Source of the DNA: Botryllus schlosseri
Taxonomy: Eukaryota
DNA: 64,000 bases
Direction of reading: 5' to 3'
NCBI GenBank assembly: GCA_051294905.1
Contig: CM119373.1
Coordinates: 8,184,001 to 8,248,000 of the forward strand
Shown here: in pieces, positions 13,866 through 23,864 of the stretch
Layout: each line of letters opens with the position of its first letter
How positions within the stretch are numbered: the stretch's first letter is position 1
The notes under the pieces: model-generated
The model's input: only the letters and a program-made list of their open reading frames with translations
The model's database searches: none
Told to the model about the DNA's origin: nothing
Position numbers and translations under genes: made by a program

Positions 13866-14129
13866 ATGTCGGGGATTACAGCTTCTGATGTATACGACAT
13901 TATAGATAGGGTTCATTACAAGACTTGGAAAAGATTTGCTCGAGATCAACTTAAGTTAACAGACTTAGAAATTGCTGATTGTGAATACGCGGATCCCAAG
14001 AACTTAACTGAACAATGTTATCAAATGATACAAATATGGATTCGTAAAAATGGTCGATGTGCTACAATTGACAGACTCGATGAATTAGCTAATAGTTGTA
14101 TGTATGATTGTACTACCACACGGAATTAG
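13866..14129 (+). CDS. Death-domain-only protein (87 aa), Polinton cargo
   Basis: WKRFARDQLKLTDLEIADCEYADPKNLTEQCYQMIQIWIRKNGRCATIDRL fits the death-domain helix pattern (W..FAR.L.L....I...E......EQ.YQM...W....G..AT...L). Confidence 0.8.
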   Translation: MSGITASDVYDIIDRVHYKTWKRFARDQLKLTDLEIADCEYADPKNLTEQCYQMIQIWIRKNGRCATIDRLDELANSCMYDCTTTRN

Positions 14130-14267
14130 CTCGACCAGAAAAAAAATGAGAACAGTCCATTTGATTTACCGTTACCAGATTTGAATGTCTCAATGAGTTT
14201 ACCGTTGTGAATTAACGCGCCAAAAGTAGTTATTTAAACACCACTACGAGTGAGTGGGACATGAGAA

Positions 14268-14435
14268 ATGGATATACTTCTTAGTGAAGACTCCGATATC
14301 GCGTTCTACGTGATATTATGCTCTTGCATTAAAAGCTATTGCTGCATCAATATATACAAGAAGAAAAGAGATTCCGAGATTGCGGAAGCTTGCAACGATC
14401 TTAAAGCTGCTATCTGTAAAGTCTTCGGGCAATGA
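14268..14435 (+). CDS. Small Cys-rich hypothetical protein (55 aa)
   Basis: Manually found ATG-TGA ORF (MDILLSEDSDIAFYVILCSC...). Its stop overlaps the next ATG (ATGA), as in compact viral gene arrays. Confidence 0.4.
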   Translation: MDILLSEDSDIAFYVILCSCIKSYCCINIYKKKRDSEIAEACNDLKAAICKVFGQ

Positions 14436-14629
14436 AGCTAATATTCATACTATTCTTGCTGATGCTAAATTGGAAATCAACGGATGCTCCCGAATTGTTA
14501 TACCCTTTCAGCGTGAAATATCACGAAGAGGACTGCTTAGCTACTGACCAAGAAGCAATGAAATTGATTTTACGTTATATCGGAGCATATTCTTTGACTA
14601 ACTGTACGCATACCGAAATAAACTATTGA
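14432..14629 (+). CDS. Small hypothetical protein with signal-peptide-like N-terminus (65 aa)
   Basis: MKLIFILFLLMLNW hydrophobic leader and ATGA overlap with the upstream ORF. Confidence 0.45.
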   Translation: MKLIFILFLLMLNWKSTDAPELLYPFSVKYHEEDCLATDQEAMKLILRYIGAYSLTNCTHTEINY

Positions 14630-14857
14630 ATGATGATTTGTATTGTCTTGTCTCGACTTTGTTAGGTTGTGCTTTCAGTGCATACTCGTTACTGTCTCGT
14701 TGCGATATAGTGCTACTAGCTTCGTGGTTCTGACACAATTTTTTCTAACACTAAAGCTTTGAGAATAGAGAGGCACAAATGTAGGATGAGATTTATTATT
14801 CAGACCAAATAGGAATTTACCATTTTATTTTCCATTAACACATATTCAACCAGTAAT

Positions 14858-15443
14858 TTAAAATTGCTGAGAATTTTGCATCCACCCAGCAGGGCGATGT
14901 CCGTATTGAGATGGCGGTGGCGGCGGTACACCAGCATTCATTCCATAATAGGCGTTTTGCGGCGCTGCATTCATGCCATTAGTCGCGAAGTTCGCTTGAG
15001 GATGATCTTTCGATTGGATTTGTCCCGATTCTGCGATGAAGCGAGATGTTTCCTGCAGAATGAACGATAGCGGACCACGGTCAGGATCCTGTACCACGTT
15101 ACCTATATAAAAGATATAGTTTATTAGTACAGAATTTCATTAGATATTTACAATCTAACATACTTGGAGAATAAATTGTTAATTCGTCTGCTGGGTTAAT
15201 CTGCTGGAAACATTCAACACCATCACGAGTATAGGTCGCGACGAGACCCCCTTTGTGTGTGAAGACGGCTTTGTATCGTTGAATGGCACCCGAAGTACGA
15301 TGTAAGCGCAATTGATGATGATCAATTACATCATCATTTATGCTTTCAAGTCGTAGCTTCGATATGTTATTAAAAACATATACCTCTTTTTTCATTGTTG
15401 GACCACCAACAATTCTACTATCACCTCTTATTGCGATGCTCAT
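14858..15443 (-). CDS. Hypothetical two-exon protein with Pro/Gln/Gly-rich tail (predicted intron 15103-15163)
   Basis: ORFs 15099-15443 and 14858-15097 join in frame (..IYSP-S-NVVQDPD..) across a 61-nt GTATGT...TTTTATATAG intron. Confidence 0.6.
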
Positions 15444-15521
15444 ATTGATTCTAAATTAATATAGAAAACACAATATAGTTATTATTCAGTGAAAACATGA
15501 ATCCCCACACGAGAAAATAGA

Positions 15522-15875
15522 TTAAGAATGAGTCTTGTCATATCTTTTACTTAGTAAAGCACAACGACTATTCACTTGTTCATGCTCAACCCATACATTA
15601 TCACAATGACAGAGATTTTCGAATAGTTTTCCACACATATAGCATTTGGCTAAATTTTCGAAGCCGAGATGAAAATAACCACATTCTGCTAATTGATAGG
15701 CACTACTGTTGAAATTTTCTTTGTAAGGTTCGAACGAACGTAATCTACGTTCAAAATTCATATTGAAAAACACAGCTTCGTTCTGCTTCGCATTTCGATT
15801 ACAAATTTCATAAACGATATCACCGACTTCATTCTTCATTGCCTGATGTGCACCTAACGGCTTAATAGACACCAT
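15522..15875 (-). CDS. Single-BIR inhibitor-of-apoptosis protein (117 aa)
   Basis: RLRSF...LAECGYF...CYMC...EH......C provides the BIR Zn ligands. No RING domain. Confidence 0.88.
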   Translation of the reverse strand: MVSIKPLGAHQAMKNEVGDIVYEICNRNAKQNEAVFFNMNFERRLRSFEPYKENFNSSAYQLAECGYFHLGFENLAKCYMCGKLFENLCHCDNVWVEHEQVNSRCALLSKRYDKTHS

Positions 15876-15939
15876 CTCGTTATATTGAAGAACTGAAATA
15901 TTTATAAGAATAGGAGCTTTTATAGCTGTGTAGAATGCG

Positions 15940-16195
15940 ATGCTGTATTCTGATTGGAAGATTTTTCAACTTTGAAATGCTTGGTGGTCGTTTGATTTAA
16001 ATTTACAACATTCCAAAGTTCGAATATGTTGTTGGTTAAAAAATACATTGAAAGTATTGGTCTAGAACACGATACTGTATTCTGATTGGTAGATTTCCAA
16101 CTTTGAAATGATTGGTCGTACTTTGATTTAAATTTATGACATTCCAGAGTTTGAATATGTTGTTGGTTAAAAAATTCGTTGAAAGTATTGGTATG
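15940..16195. promoter_or_regulatory. Duplicated ~130-bp module with CCAAT boxes between divergent Polinton genes
   Basis: Two diverged direct copies beginning (GC/AC)TGTATTCTGATTGG, between the IAP (-) and the 16553 ORF (+). The promoter role is inferred. Confidence 0.45.
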
Positions 16196-16552
16196 AATTG
16201 TAACGAACGTTACTTTCGCGCACTTCCATTTATTTGAGAGTTCAATCTGAGTTTACTTTGTTTTAAGAAATTTGATAGAGGTTCGTTTTACCGTCTACTA
16301 TTCATTGCTTTTCAAACACTCAATGCATTGTTTGCTCTACCAACAAAGCGAAAACGACGGTTGGGAATGTCTTTTGTTCGAACGGGCTGTTACTATCTAT
16401 CAACAATTTCACATCCTAACGGTTAATGTTTGTCCGTTAGTGAGCGAACATTTTTCTTATGTGATTCTGGCGCGAAGCATTTTCGTATAAGATTAGCCGA
16501 ATGTGAAATGAGTTATCACTAAATCTGAGCGAATCAGTGAAAAGTATTCGAG

Positions 16553-18157
16553 ATGTCTTTGCAAATTGAAGTAATTATGGATGATGATAGTCAGCAGTTG
16601 CCAAGCAACCAATCAACCCGAGAAAGCAGTGACCATGCATTGAGTGTAGAAATTCCGAATCATATGAAATGTGATCAAATGGATAAAGATGATGAGGAAC
16701 TCGTCGCTATGGATCGATACTTTAGACCCATAACGAAGATCCCATCTGCTAAAGAAGTTCTTCTGAAATCTTTGAGCGAAGAAGAATTTCGCGATCGCGT
16801 TGTCATACGTCAGATATGTCCCGCATTCAAAACTGATTCATCCCCATCAAAACAACAGGCTAATGACATCGAGCTAATTAGCAACGAGACCCAACTTAAG
16901 GATCAATTGATACCTCTGAGTCAATCAACACCAGTAGGTGAACAACCCGTTTATGACGTTGAGAAAGTGACTAGCGATCCGACCCCTTCTGATACTGTCA
17001 ATCATCAAGCTTCGGGACAAGCAGTAGGCAATCCCGACACGGAAATGGATTTGTCTCTTGGTGCGGAGGCGATTGCCGAAAGTAGCGAGCCGCTAGGTGA
17101 AATTTCTCGTGATAGCAATGAGATCGCGAAGCAAATCCTACTGCGTCGTATAGAGAAGAGCACATCGCAAGTTACAGAGCAACCTACTTTTAGCGAGCTT
17201 GTCGCCGATTCCACTCATATCTCAAGTGGTTTTTCCGACTCTAATGTTGGTTCTATACCAAAGCCGAATATACTATCATCGCCAGATTCGTCAATAAGGA
17301 TCTTTCCTAGATATTGGATCCAGCATGATCGTCCGGTCATTAACCCACCGCAATGGCATATAGGTGACACTACCAAAGCAGAACAGAAGTATGATGAGAA
17401 GAATCGCGTATTCATGCGTTGGCTAGTTGGATTTAGAGAGGCGACAGAAATACATGAGGGTTATCTCATGTATAGATATCTGGAAGAAAATATTGTTGAT
17501 ATACAATATGGCGGGTTGAAACGGAGTCTCAATTTTCTTCGCGCCGCTCTGATTGTAGCTGTCGGTGAAAGCTTGACTCATGAAAAATTACTTGCTCCAC
17601 ACTTCTTTCTGGAAGGGGATTGCCTTTCTGGAAAGGAAGTATTGCACGAAATGCTTTTCGGTAGTGAAACAGCAAATTATTTGCTGCCGAGTTTGGAAAA
17701 TTTGAATGCTTTCAAATATTATGATGCTACAAAATGTGTTTCTGTGTTTCCCAACTGCGGAACGCTTTTCTTTGAAAATACTGCTTTACAGGAAACAATT
17801 TTGACTATACATCGTACAGCAGTGCAATGTGAATACGGGATTATTAATCCATCTTGCTGCTTCATGCTTTGTGATAAACAAAATGGCTCTGACTTGATGA
17901 CTGTCAAACATCCTATATCATTCAAGGCTAAAACGGTCATTGTAAAATTTGGAAGGGGTATTTACGCACCTTCTCTGGCCAGTTTCAACAAACATGCCCG
18001 TCGTGATGTTCTGTTTGATTTAATAAAGAGAACTAAAACTTCAAATATTAAAGAAGTTAATGGCTGTGTTGAGAAGGATCCCTTGGCTCAAGTACTGTAT
18101 CTCAGAGCATCTGGCTTCAGAAGGAGAAAGGAAAAAGCTGATAATGATACTCTTTGA
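16553..18157 (+). CDS. 534-aa protein: low-complexity N-terminus plus degenerate SF3 (NS1-like) helicase-like domain
   Basis: Long intact ORF. HFFLEGDCLSGKE resembles Walker A with T/S replaced by E. The downstream NLNAFKYYDATKCVSVF is spaced like the NS1 N..F.F.D / Walker B region but lacks the acidic residues. Confidence 0.55.
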   Translation: MSLQIEVIMDDDSQQLPSNQSTRESSDHALSVEIPNHMKCDQMDKDDEELVAMDRYFRPITKIPSAKEVLLKSLSEEEFRDRVVIRQICPAFKTDSSPSKQQANDIELISNETQLKDQLIPLSQSTPVGEQPVYDVEKVTSDPTPSDTVNHQASGQAVGNPDTEMDLSLGAEAIAESSEPLGEISRDSNEIAKQILLRRIEKSTSQVTEQPTFSELVADSTHISSGFSDSNVGSIPKPNILSSPDSSIRIFPRYWIQHDRPVINPPQWHIGDTTKAEQKYDEKNRVFMRWLVGFREATEIHEGYLMYRYLEENIVDIQYGGLKRSLNFLRAALIVAVGESLTHEKLLAPHFFLEGDCLSGKEVLHEMLFGSETANYLLPSLENLNAFKYYDATKCVSVFPNCGTLFFENTALQETILTIHRTAVQCEYGIINPSCCFMLCDKQNGSDLMTVKHPISFKAKTVIVKFGRGIYAPSLASFNKHARRDVLFDLIKRTKTSNIKEVNGCVEKDPLAQVLYLRASGFRRRKEKADNDTL

Positions 18158-18316
18158 ATAATATGTTTTGCTTGTACGATTGTTATTTGCATGAACGATC
18201 GTTACCAATTCGAATTTTGTTTGCACCTTGACATTATGACTGAAAACTTAGCTGATGTATATATTATTTGCATGAATGATTGTCACTAATTCGAATTTTG
18301 TTTGCAGCTTAACATT

Positions 18317-18727
18317 ATGAATGATAACTTAGCCGATATAGCTGCATCCACCACTCAGAGAGACATGACACAAATTAGCGATATGTCGGCCTTCTATCAA
18401 AGTCTAATGGATCCACAGGAACCTTCACGAAAGCGTCCTCGTCAAGATATTGGTTCTTACTTCGAACACATGATGGATGATCATTTGAAAATGCAAGCGA
18501 TGTGGAACCGCCTCATTTCGATGGAAGGATTCGAACAAGACTGGACAAAAAATTTTCTTGTCATTGCAAAAAACGTGATCAAAGATATCGAAAAACTGTT
18601 GTGTGACGATAAAACAGACTCGAATATTCGTGATACTGAGATTGCTAGATTGGACAGAATTAAGTTCATGTTTCTGTACGGTCTAAACCAATCTAAATTG
18701 CGCTTGAGATATAATTTCGTTTTCTAG
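18317..18727 (+). CDS. Hypothetical protein (136 aa) with NLS-like RKRPR
   Basis: ATG-initiated ORF directly upstream of pPolB. No recognisable domain. Confidence 0.55.
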   Translation: MNDNLADIAASTTQRDMTQISDMSAFYQSLMDPQEPSRKRPRQDIGSYFEHMMDDHLKMQAMWNRLISMEGFEQDWTKNFLVIAKNVIKDIEKLLCDDKTDSNIRDTEIARLDRIKFMFLYGLNQSKLRLRYNFVF

Positions 18728-18905
18728 TAAGTGAAATTGTGCTTTGTTTTACAGATATGGAGTAAATATAGGTAATACTTTCAATACTTTGTTGACACAC
18801 GACTTTACGACTGGATACCGTATCATAAAGCCCAAACGGTAAGCAAAACTGTGATTGAAATAAGCTTCTCAATTTCTAATGTTCTATGTTTTACAGATAG
18901 CATAA

Positions 18906-21900
18906 ATGGCTCTACGCAGGCGATATTTGGATCGAGATTGGACCGTCGATGAATCCTTGGGCTTTGAAGATGCCGCCGTCGAAGTAATTGAAGAGCACTA
19001 CGATTCGATCATTGACTCAACGTGGACGTCGAGAAATCGCGTGCGACATATAGTCAATATTCGGATGATTGAACGAGACCCCGCAGACATTCACGCGCGT
19101 ATCGCAAGTATATACCCGCAACGATTTAGACAATTTAAAATAAATTATGGCTTTGGGTATCTACTATATAATCGCGAGTCTGAGCGATATACGTATTTTC
19201 ACCCCCAATCATCGCAAGCTGTCCTCGATGTCCCAAGAACTATCATATCGCGTGAAGATTTTGATTCGTTTAGAAATGCAATTGATTTATCGGCCGGTTA
19301 CGATTATGCGAATCGAGTCAGACCGGATACAAAATTTGTTTGTTCGGAGGTGCTACACATTACTTTATTCCTGTATGAAATGGAAAGACCTTTACTTAGC
19401 GGGGGCGTTGTCTCAGAAGAAATGGAAAGATTATCCAAATGTAGATATATCAGTGCTTTTATTCGTAATCGTGAAGGTGTACCATATACAGATAATCTCT
19501 GTCTGTTTCGATGCGTCTCATTTAGATTAATTAAAAAACGTGACGAAAGTCATGTTTCTCAATTGACTACGCAATTTGAAAATCGTTACGGAATTTCAGT
19601 TGCAAATGGTATATCCTTCGACCAACTATCGAAAGTGGAAGCGTGTTTTAACGTTAGAATATTGCTTTACGAGAAACGTGAACAAACCACGGTCTTGCGT
19701 CGTACTTCCAATGCGTCTGGACTCACAATTCATATTCACATGCTCGAAAATCACTGTTCTTTAATTTTGAATATAGAGAATTATACGTCTACTTTTATGT
19801 GTGATTCGTGTAAAACATTCTTTACCTTGAAAAGTAGTTTAAAACGACATATTAAAAATCATTGTAATTCTGAGAAAAGGTATCGCTACGGTTCTGGTGT
19901 TTATCGTCCTAAAGCGACGGTGTTTGAAGATTTGGAAAATGAAGGTATATTTGTTAGTAAAGAAAAACGTTTTTACAAATTCAGAATTTGCTTTGACTTT
20001 GAGAGTCTCTTAGTAAAAGAAAATCTCAAGCCCGATACAGCCAAAGTAAAATTTACCAGTAAACATGTCCCGCTCTCGGTCTCACTGTGTGATAATGTCA
20101 CGAACGAAACAACTACATTTATTTCCAATGGCAACCCGCGTGATCTAATTAAAGAAATGGTCGATAAGCTTCATGAAATTCAAGAAATTGCGTCTTCGCA
20201 AATGCGTGCTATATATGACACCGAGTTGACCGCTCTTCGCGACTTGATTGAAGAACGTAAAGTGATTGATCCGATTAAAACGCGATCGTACCTGGAGTTG
20301 TTGTATCATCGCTTTGAAACGTGGTTAGATCAAATACCCGTAATCGGATTCAACTCGGCTCGCTACGATTTAAATCTGTGTAAAAAATATTTGATTGCTC
20401 TTTTGCGAGAGGAGAGCGGCTTTTTTGTATTGAAGCGAAACAGCAGTTACCTCACTATCTCCACAAATAAATTGAAATTTCTAGATATATCTCTATTCCT
20501 CGCTCCGGGATATAGCCTGGATGCGTATTTGAAAGTGTACGGTGATGGAGTAAACAATAAATTTTTCTTTCCATACGAATATATGACGCATATTGATAAA
20601 TTGAAAGAAACATCGCTACCGCCACACGATAGCTTTTATAGTAGTCTTCGCGGGCATAATATTACAGCTGAACAATACCAAGAATGCGTCGATACTTGGA
20701 AGCGTCTCGATATGAAAACAATGAGGGATTTTTTAAAATACTACAATGAATGTGATGTGGTCGGCTTTCTCGTCGCGGTAAATAACCACTTCGACTTTTA
20801 TAAAAAACTGGGGATTGACATGTTCAAAAATCACGTCAGCTTACCGAGTATAGCTAATCGACTTATGTTCGATGAAAGGTGGGAAATCGCTTTATTCAAT
20901 AAAGCCAATGCCGATCTCCATCACACTGTAACTAATAACTTAATCGGTGGATTGGCACAAATTACAAACCGGTATGCAATGGCAGACGAGACCAAAATTC
21001 GCATTTTGAAGTATGGAGACGCAGCCAAAGACGTGAAATCTATAGTAGGGTATGACAGCAACGCATTATACTTGCACGCCATTGATCTCAATATGCCAAC
21101 TGGATATGTCACCCGTTGGCTGTATGATGAAGTGAAACAGAAATTTCATAGAAAACAGACTTATCCGTCCATGATCGAACTCGAGTGGTTAACTTATCAA
21201 AGCATTGTTCGCGGTATTCCGATTCGTCACGCTTGGAACGGTCCGCAAGTGAAACTGGGAGCCCGTAGAATTAGCGTAGATGGATACTCAGCGGAGCGGA
21301 AGTTAATATTCAACATGGACGGATGTTGGTGGCACTCGTGTCCTTGTATATCTAATAATCAAAATATTAATCATAATCGACGCATTAAAACCGAAGAAAC
21401 CACCGCTTATTTTGAACGCCTAGGATATCAGGTCATTCGAGTGCGCGAATGTGAATGGAAAGCAATGAAGCGCGATCCAGACATTGCGCGCCTCGTTGCA
21501 CATTTACAAAGGAATGTGACAAAAGAATATTTACTCTCGCAAGAACAAATACTCGATCGAGTCGTTAACAATCGCTTTTTCGGTGCGATAGAATGCGACG
21601 CGCATTGCCCAGATCATTTGAAATCTAAGTTTGAAGAGTTACCGCCTTTCTTTAAGCACATCGAAATTAATGAATGTGATATCGGTCCGCATATGGCTCA
21701 ATACGCAAGGGAAAACAAAGTCAAGTTTCCAAAAAAAGCGCTCGCGTCCAGTTATTTCATCGAAAAGCAATTGGTTACTACCGACTTGTTGAGTTGGTAC
21801 TTGCGTCACGGAATGGTGGTCACACGTGTTTATCAATGTTTGGAATATGAACCTAAAAGACTATTTCGCAACTTCGTAGATCGCGTAACTACGCTACGGC

Positions 21901-22772
21901 GTAAAGGTGACGTCATTCCTAGAGACCATGCACTTGAAATGCAGGCATTAACCTTCAAGAATCTTGGAAATAGTGCTTTCGGAACCACTATACAAAATCC
22001 AGCCAAATATAAAAATCACAAATATGTGACTTGCGATGAAGTTCAAGCGCTCATCAAAAAACCGAATTTTATCGACGCTGATGAAATTGATTCGGACTTA
22101 ATTGAAGTAACCTCACGGCCCGATACGACTCAACTTGATCAACCCGTCATCGTAGGCTTCTTCATATTTAATCACAGTAAGCAACGGATGTTGTCGTTCA
22201 TGTATGACTTCCTCCACGTCTACATAAACGATTGTGATCAATTTCATCTTGAACTTGACACCGACAGCTGTTATTTAGCGATATCAGCTGATTCTATCTA
22301 CTCATTGATCATACCTTCAAAGCGTAAAGAGTTCTTTGAAGTTCATGATCAGTGGTTGGTTCAGCAGGCGTGCGTTAAGCATAAAACAGACTTCGAGAGG
22401 GACCCAGTCGCATTCAAAATCGATGAACCGTGCTGTGTCGCTGCTCATAATTACTCTAAGCGAACACCGGGTCTGTTTAAAGTAGAATGGAGTGGACGGG
22501 GGTTTGTTGGCCTCAATTCAAAAACCTACTATTGCTCGGGTGATACAGATAAATATTCATCGAAAGGTTTGAGTAAAACGGCCCGCAAAACTTTCAAAGA
22601 TTTCAAAGGTGTATTGCAAAACCGTTCTATATCAGGAGGGTATAACTCCGGATTCCGTTGCTTTCAGGGAGATATATATACATATCATCAATATCGTTCC
22701 GCTCTATCATACGGTTACTATAAAAGAATTGTATTGAGTGATGGGATTCATACTGTACCGCTTGCTTTGTAA
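18906..22772 (+). CDS. polB: Protein-primed DNA polymerase B with N-terminal vOTU-like region, C2H2 finger and inserted nuclease-like domain
   Basis: Exonuclease motifs CFDFES, GFNSARYD and YNECDV. Polymerase motifs YDSNALY, KNLGNSAFG and LDTDS. DNLCLFRC..NHCSLI (OTU-like dyad), CDSC..LKRH..H finger, and VDGY...MDGCWWHSC insert. Confidence 0.97.
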   Translation: MALRRRYLDRDWTVDESLGFEDAAVEVIEEHYDSIIDSTWTSRNRVRHIVNIRMIERDPADIHARIASIYPQRFRQFKINYGFGYLLYNRESERYTYFHPQSSQAVLDVPRTIISREDFDSFRNAIDLSAGYDYANRVRPDTKFVCSEVLHITLFLYEMERPLLSGGVVSEEMERLSKCRYISAFIRNREGVPYTDNLCLFRCVSFRLIKKRDESHVSQLTTQFENRYGISVANGISFDQLSKVEACFNVRILLYEKREQTTVLRRTSNASGLTIHIHMLENHCSLILNIENYTSTFMCDSCKTFFTLKSSLKRHIKNHCNSEKRYRYGSGVYRPKATVFEDLENEGIFVSKEKRFYKFRICFDFESLLVKENLKPDTAKVKFTSKHVPLSVSLCDNVTNETTTFISNGNPRDLIKEMVDKLHEIQEIASSQMRAIYDTELTALRDLIEERKVIDPIKTRSYLELLYHRFETWLDQIPVIGFNSARYDLNLCKKYLIALLREESGFFVLKRNSSYLTISTNKLKFLDISLFLAPGYSLDAYLKVYGDGVNNKFFFPYEYMTHIDKLKETSLPPHDSFYSSLRGHNITAEQYQECVDTWKRLDMKTMRDFLKYYNECDVVGFLVAVNNHFDFYKKLGIDMFKNHVSLPSIANRLMFDERWEIALFNKANADLHHTVTNNLIGGLAQITNRYAMADETKIRILKYGDAAKDVKSIVGYDSNALYLHAIDLNMPTGYVTRWLYDEVKQKFHRKQTYPSMIELEWLTYQSIVRGIPIRHAWNGPQVKLGARRISVDGYSAERKLIFNMDGCWWHSCPCISNNQNINHNRRIKTEETTAYFERLGYQVIRVRECEWKAMKRDPDIARLVAHLQRNVTKEYLLSQEQILDRVVNNRFFGAIECDAHCPDHLKSKFEELPPFFKHIEINECDIGPHMAQYARENKVKFPKKALASSYFIEKQLVTTDLLSWYLRHGMVVTRVYQCLEYEPKRLFRNFVDRVTTLRRKGDVIPRDHALEMQALTFKNLGNSAFGTTIQNPAKYKNHKYVTCDEVQALIKKPNFIDADEIDSDLIEVTSRPDTTQLDQPVIVGFFIFNHSKQRMLSFMYDFLHVYINDCDQFHLELDTDSCYLAISADSIYSLIIPSKRKEFFEVHDQWLVQQACVKHKTDFERDPVAFKIDEPCCVAAHNYSKRTPGLFKVEWSGRGFVGLNSKTYYCSGDTDKYSSKGLSKTARKTFKDFKGVLQNRSISGGYNSGFRCFQGDIYTYHQYRSALSYGYYKRIVLSDGIHTVPLAL

Positions 22773-22798
22773 TAAAATGTTGTCTGTTTTGTAATAAA

Positions 22799-23419
22799 AT
22801 GGAGCGTGCACGTGTCTTAAATTCTCCGTTCAGGATGATCATAGCTGGACCTTCGAGCTGCGGTAAGACATGTTTTGCCTATCGCCTTGTGCAAAATGCC
22901 AAGAAGATCATTGCGCCTTATCCAAGGAAGATTATTTGGCTGTACAATAATTATCAGCCGTTATACGATAAAATGAAGGGTGTGAAATTCCACCAAGGTC
23001 TAGGCGAGTTAGAACATTTACAGCAGGGTGGTAATGGACACACTCTGATAATACTAGACGACATGATGACGGAAGCACAACAAGCGAGGGACCTATTCAT
23101 ACGTCATTCCCATCATAATAATGTCTCAGTAATCCTATTAGTCCAGAACATATTTCACCGAGGTGGTGGTTTTCGTGACGTCACTCTCAGCGCTAGCTAT
23201 ATTGTGGTGTTTAAAAATCCACGTGACGTTTCACAAATACGTTACCTTTCACGGCAAATGTTCCCGGACAATCCTACTATGCTTACAGAAGCATACAAAA
23301 GAGCAACTCGCGAACCTTATTCATATATTGCCATTGATTTAACCCAAGAGACACCGGAAAAGTATCGACTTCGTACCAACATATTTCCGGACGAACGCAT
23401 GACTGTGTATTTGGAATAA
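22799..23419 (+). CDS. FtsK/A32-like DNA packaging ATPase
   Basis: Walker A GPSSCGKT, Walker B LIILDD, and RHSHH and VVFKNPRD motifs typical of Polinton ATPases. Confidence 0.95.
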   Translation: MERARVLNSPFRMIIAGPSSCGKTCFAYRLVQNAKKIIAPYPRKIIWLYNNYQPLYDKMKGVKFHQGLGELEHLQQGGNGHTLIILDDMMTEAQQARDLFIRHSHHNNVSVILLVQNIFHRGGGFRDVTLSASYIVVFKNPRDVSQIRYLSRQMFPDNPTMLTEAYKRATREPYSYIAIDLTQETPEKYRLRTNIFPDERMTVYLE

Positions 23420-23454
23420 ATAGCGCGCTGCTCGAACGATAATCATCATTCGTG

Positions 23455-23864
23455 ATGGCTAAGGACGCGCGAAGACTCATTTTGAAAAAACGTTTAAAAG
23501 ATCATCTTACCAAATTGAAAACTTTACGGAGGGCTAAAAACCCCGAACGTATTCAGTTATTGAAGCATAAGGAATTTGTCGCTAGTGTGTGCGAGTGTCT
23601 TCGAAACCTGGTGGCGGGCGATGTACCTATTTCTAACGCAAGAAAATCTAAATTGAAAAAACACAAAGCCAGCATACGGAAGGTCCTCTGTTGCAAACTC
23701 AAAAAGGCAGGCGCAAAGTTTTGCAAAGAGGTGGCTTTCTTTCGGGTAAATACGTGTAACTTTGATTCAATACTTTATCTAACGTTATTCCGTTCCTAGC
23801 CATTTTGAGTGCCGCTATTCCGATACTGGGAAGCCTCTTGGGCGGACTGACGAGAAATGCGTGA
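23455..23864 (+). pseudogene. Basic virion protein with C-terminal amphipathic QRGGFL helix (pVI/cupiennin-like); frameshift near 23701-23705 and predicted intron 23746-23799
   Basis: N-terminal ORF VCECLRNLVAGDVPI. A shifted frame gives RRKVLQRGGFLS, which splices (GTAAAT...TTCCTAG, 54 nt) to AILSAAIPILGSLLGGLTRNA*. Confidence 0.7.

Noticed and set aside
22760-22805. TAAATG/TAAAATG at the polB and ATPase starts as a poxvirus-like late promoter
   Set aside because: Only two instances in AT-rich DNA, overlapping likely AATAAA poly(A) signals. The evidence is insufficient.
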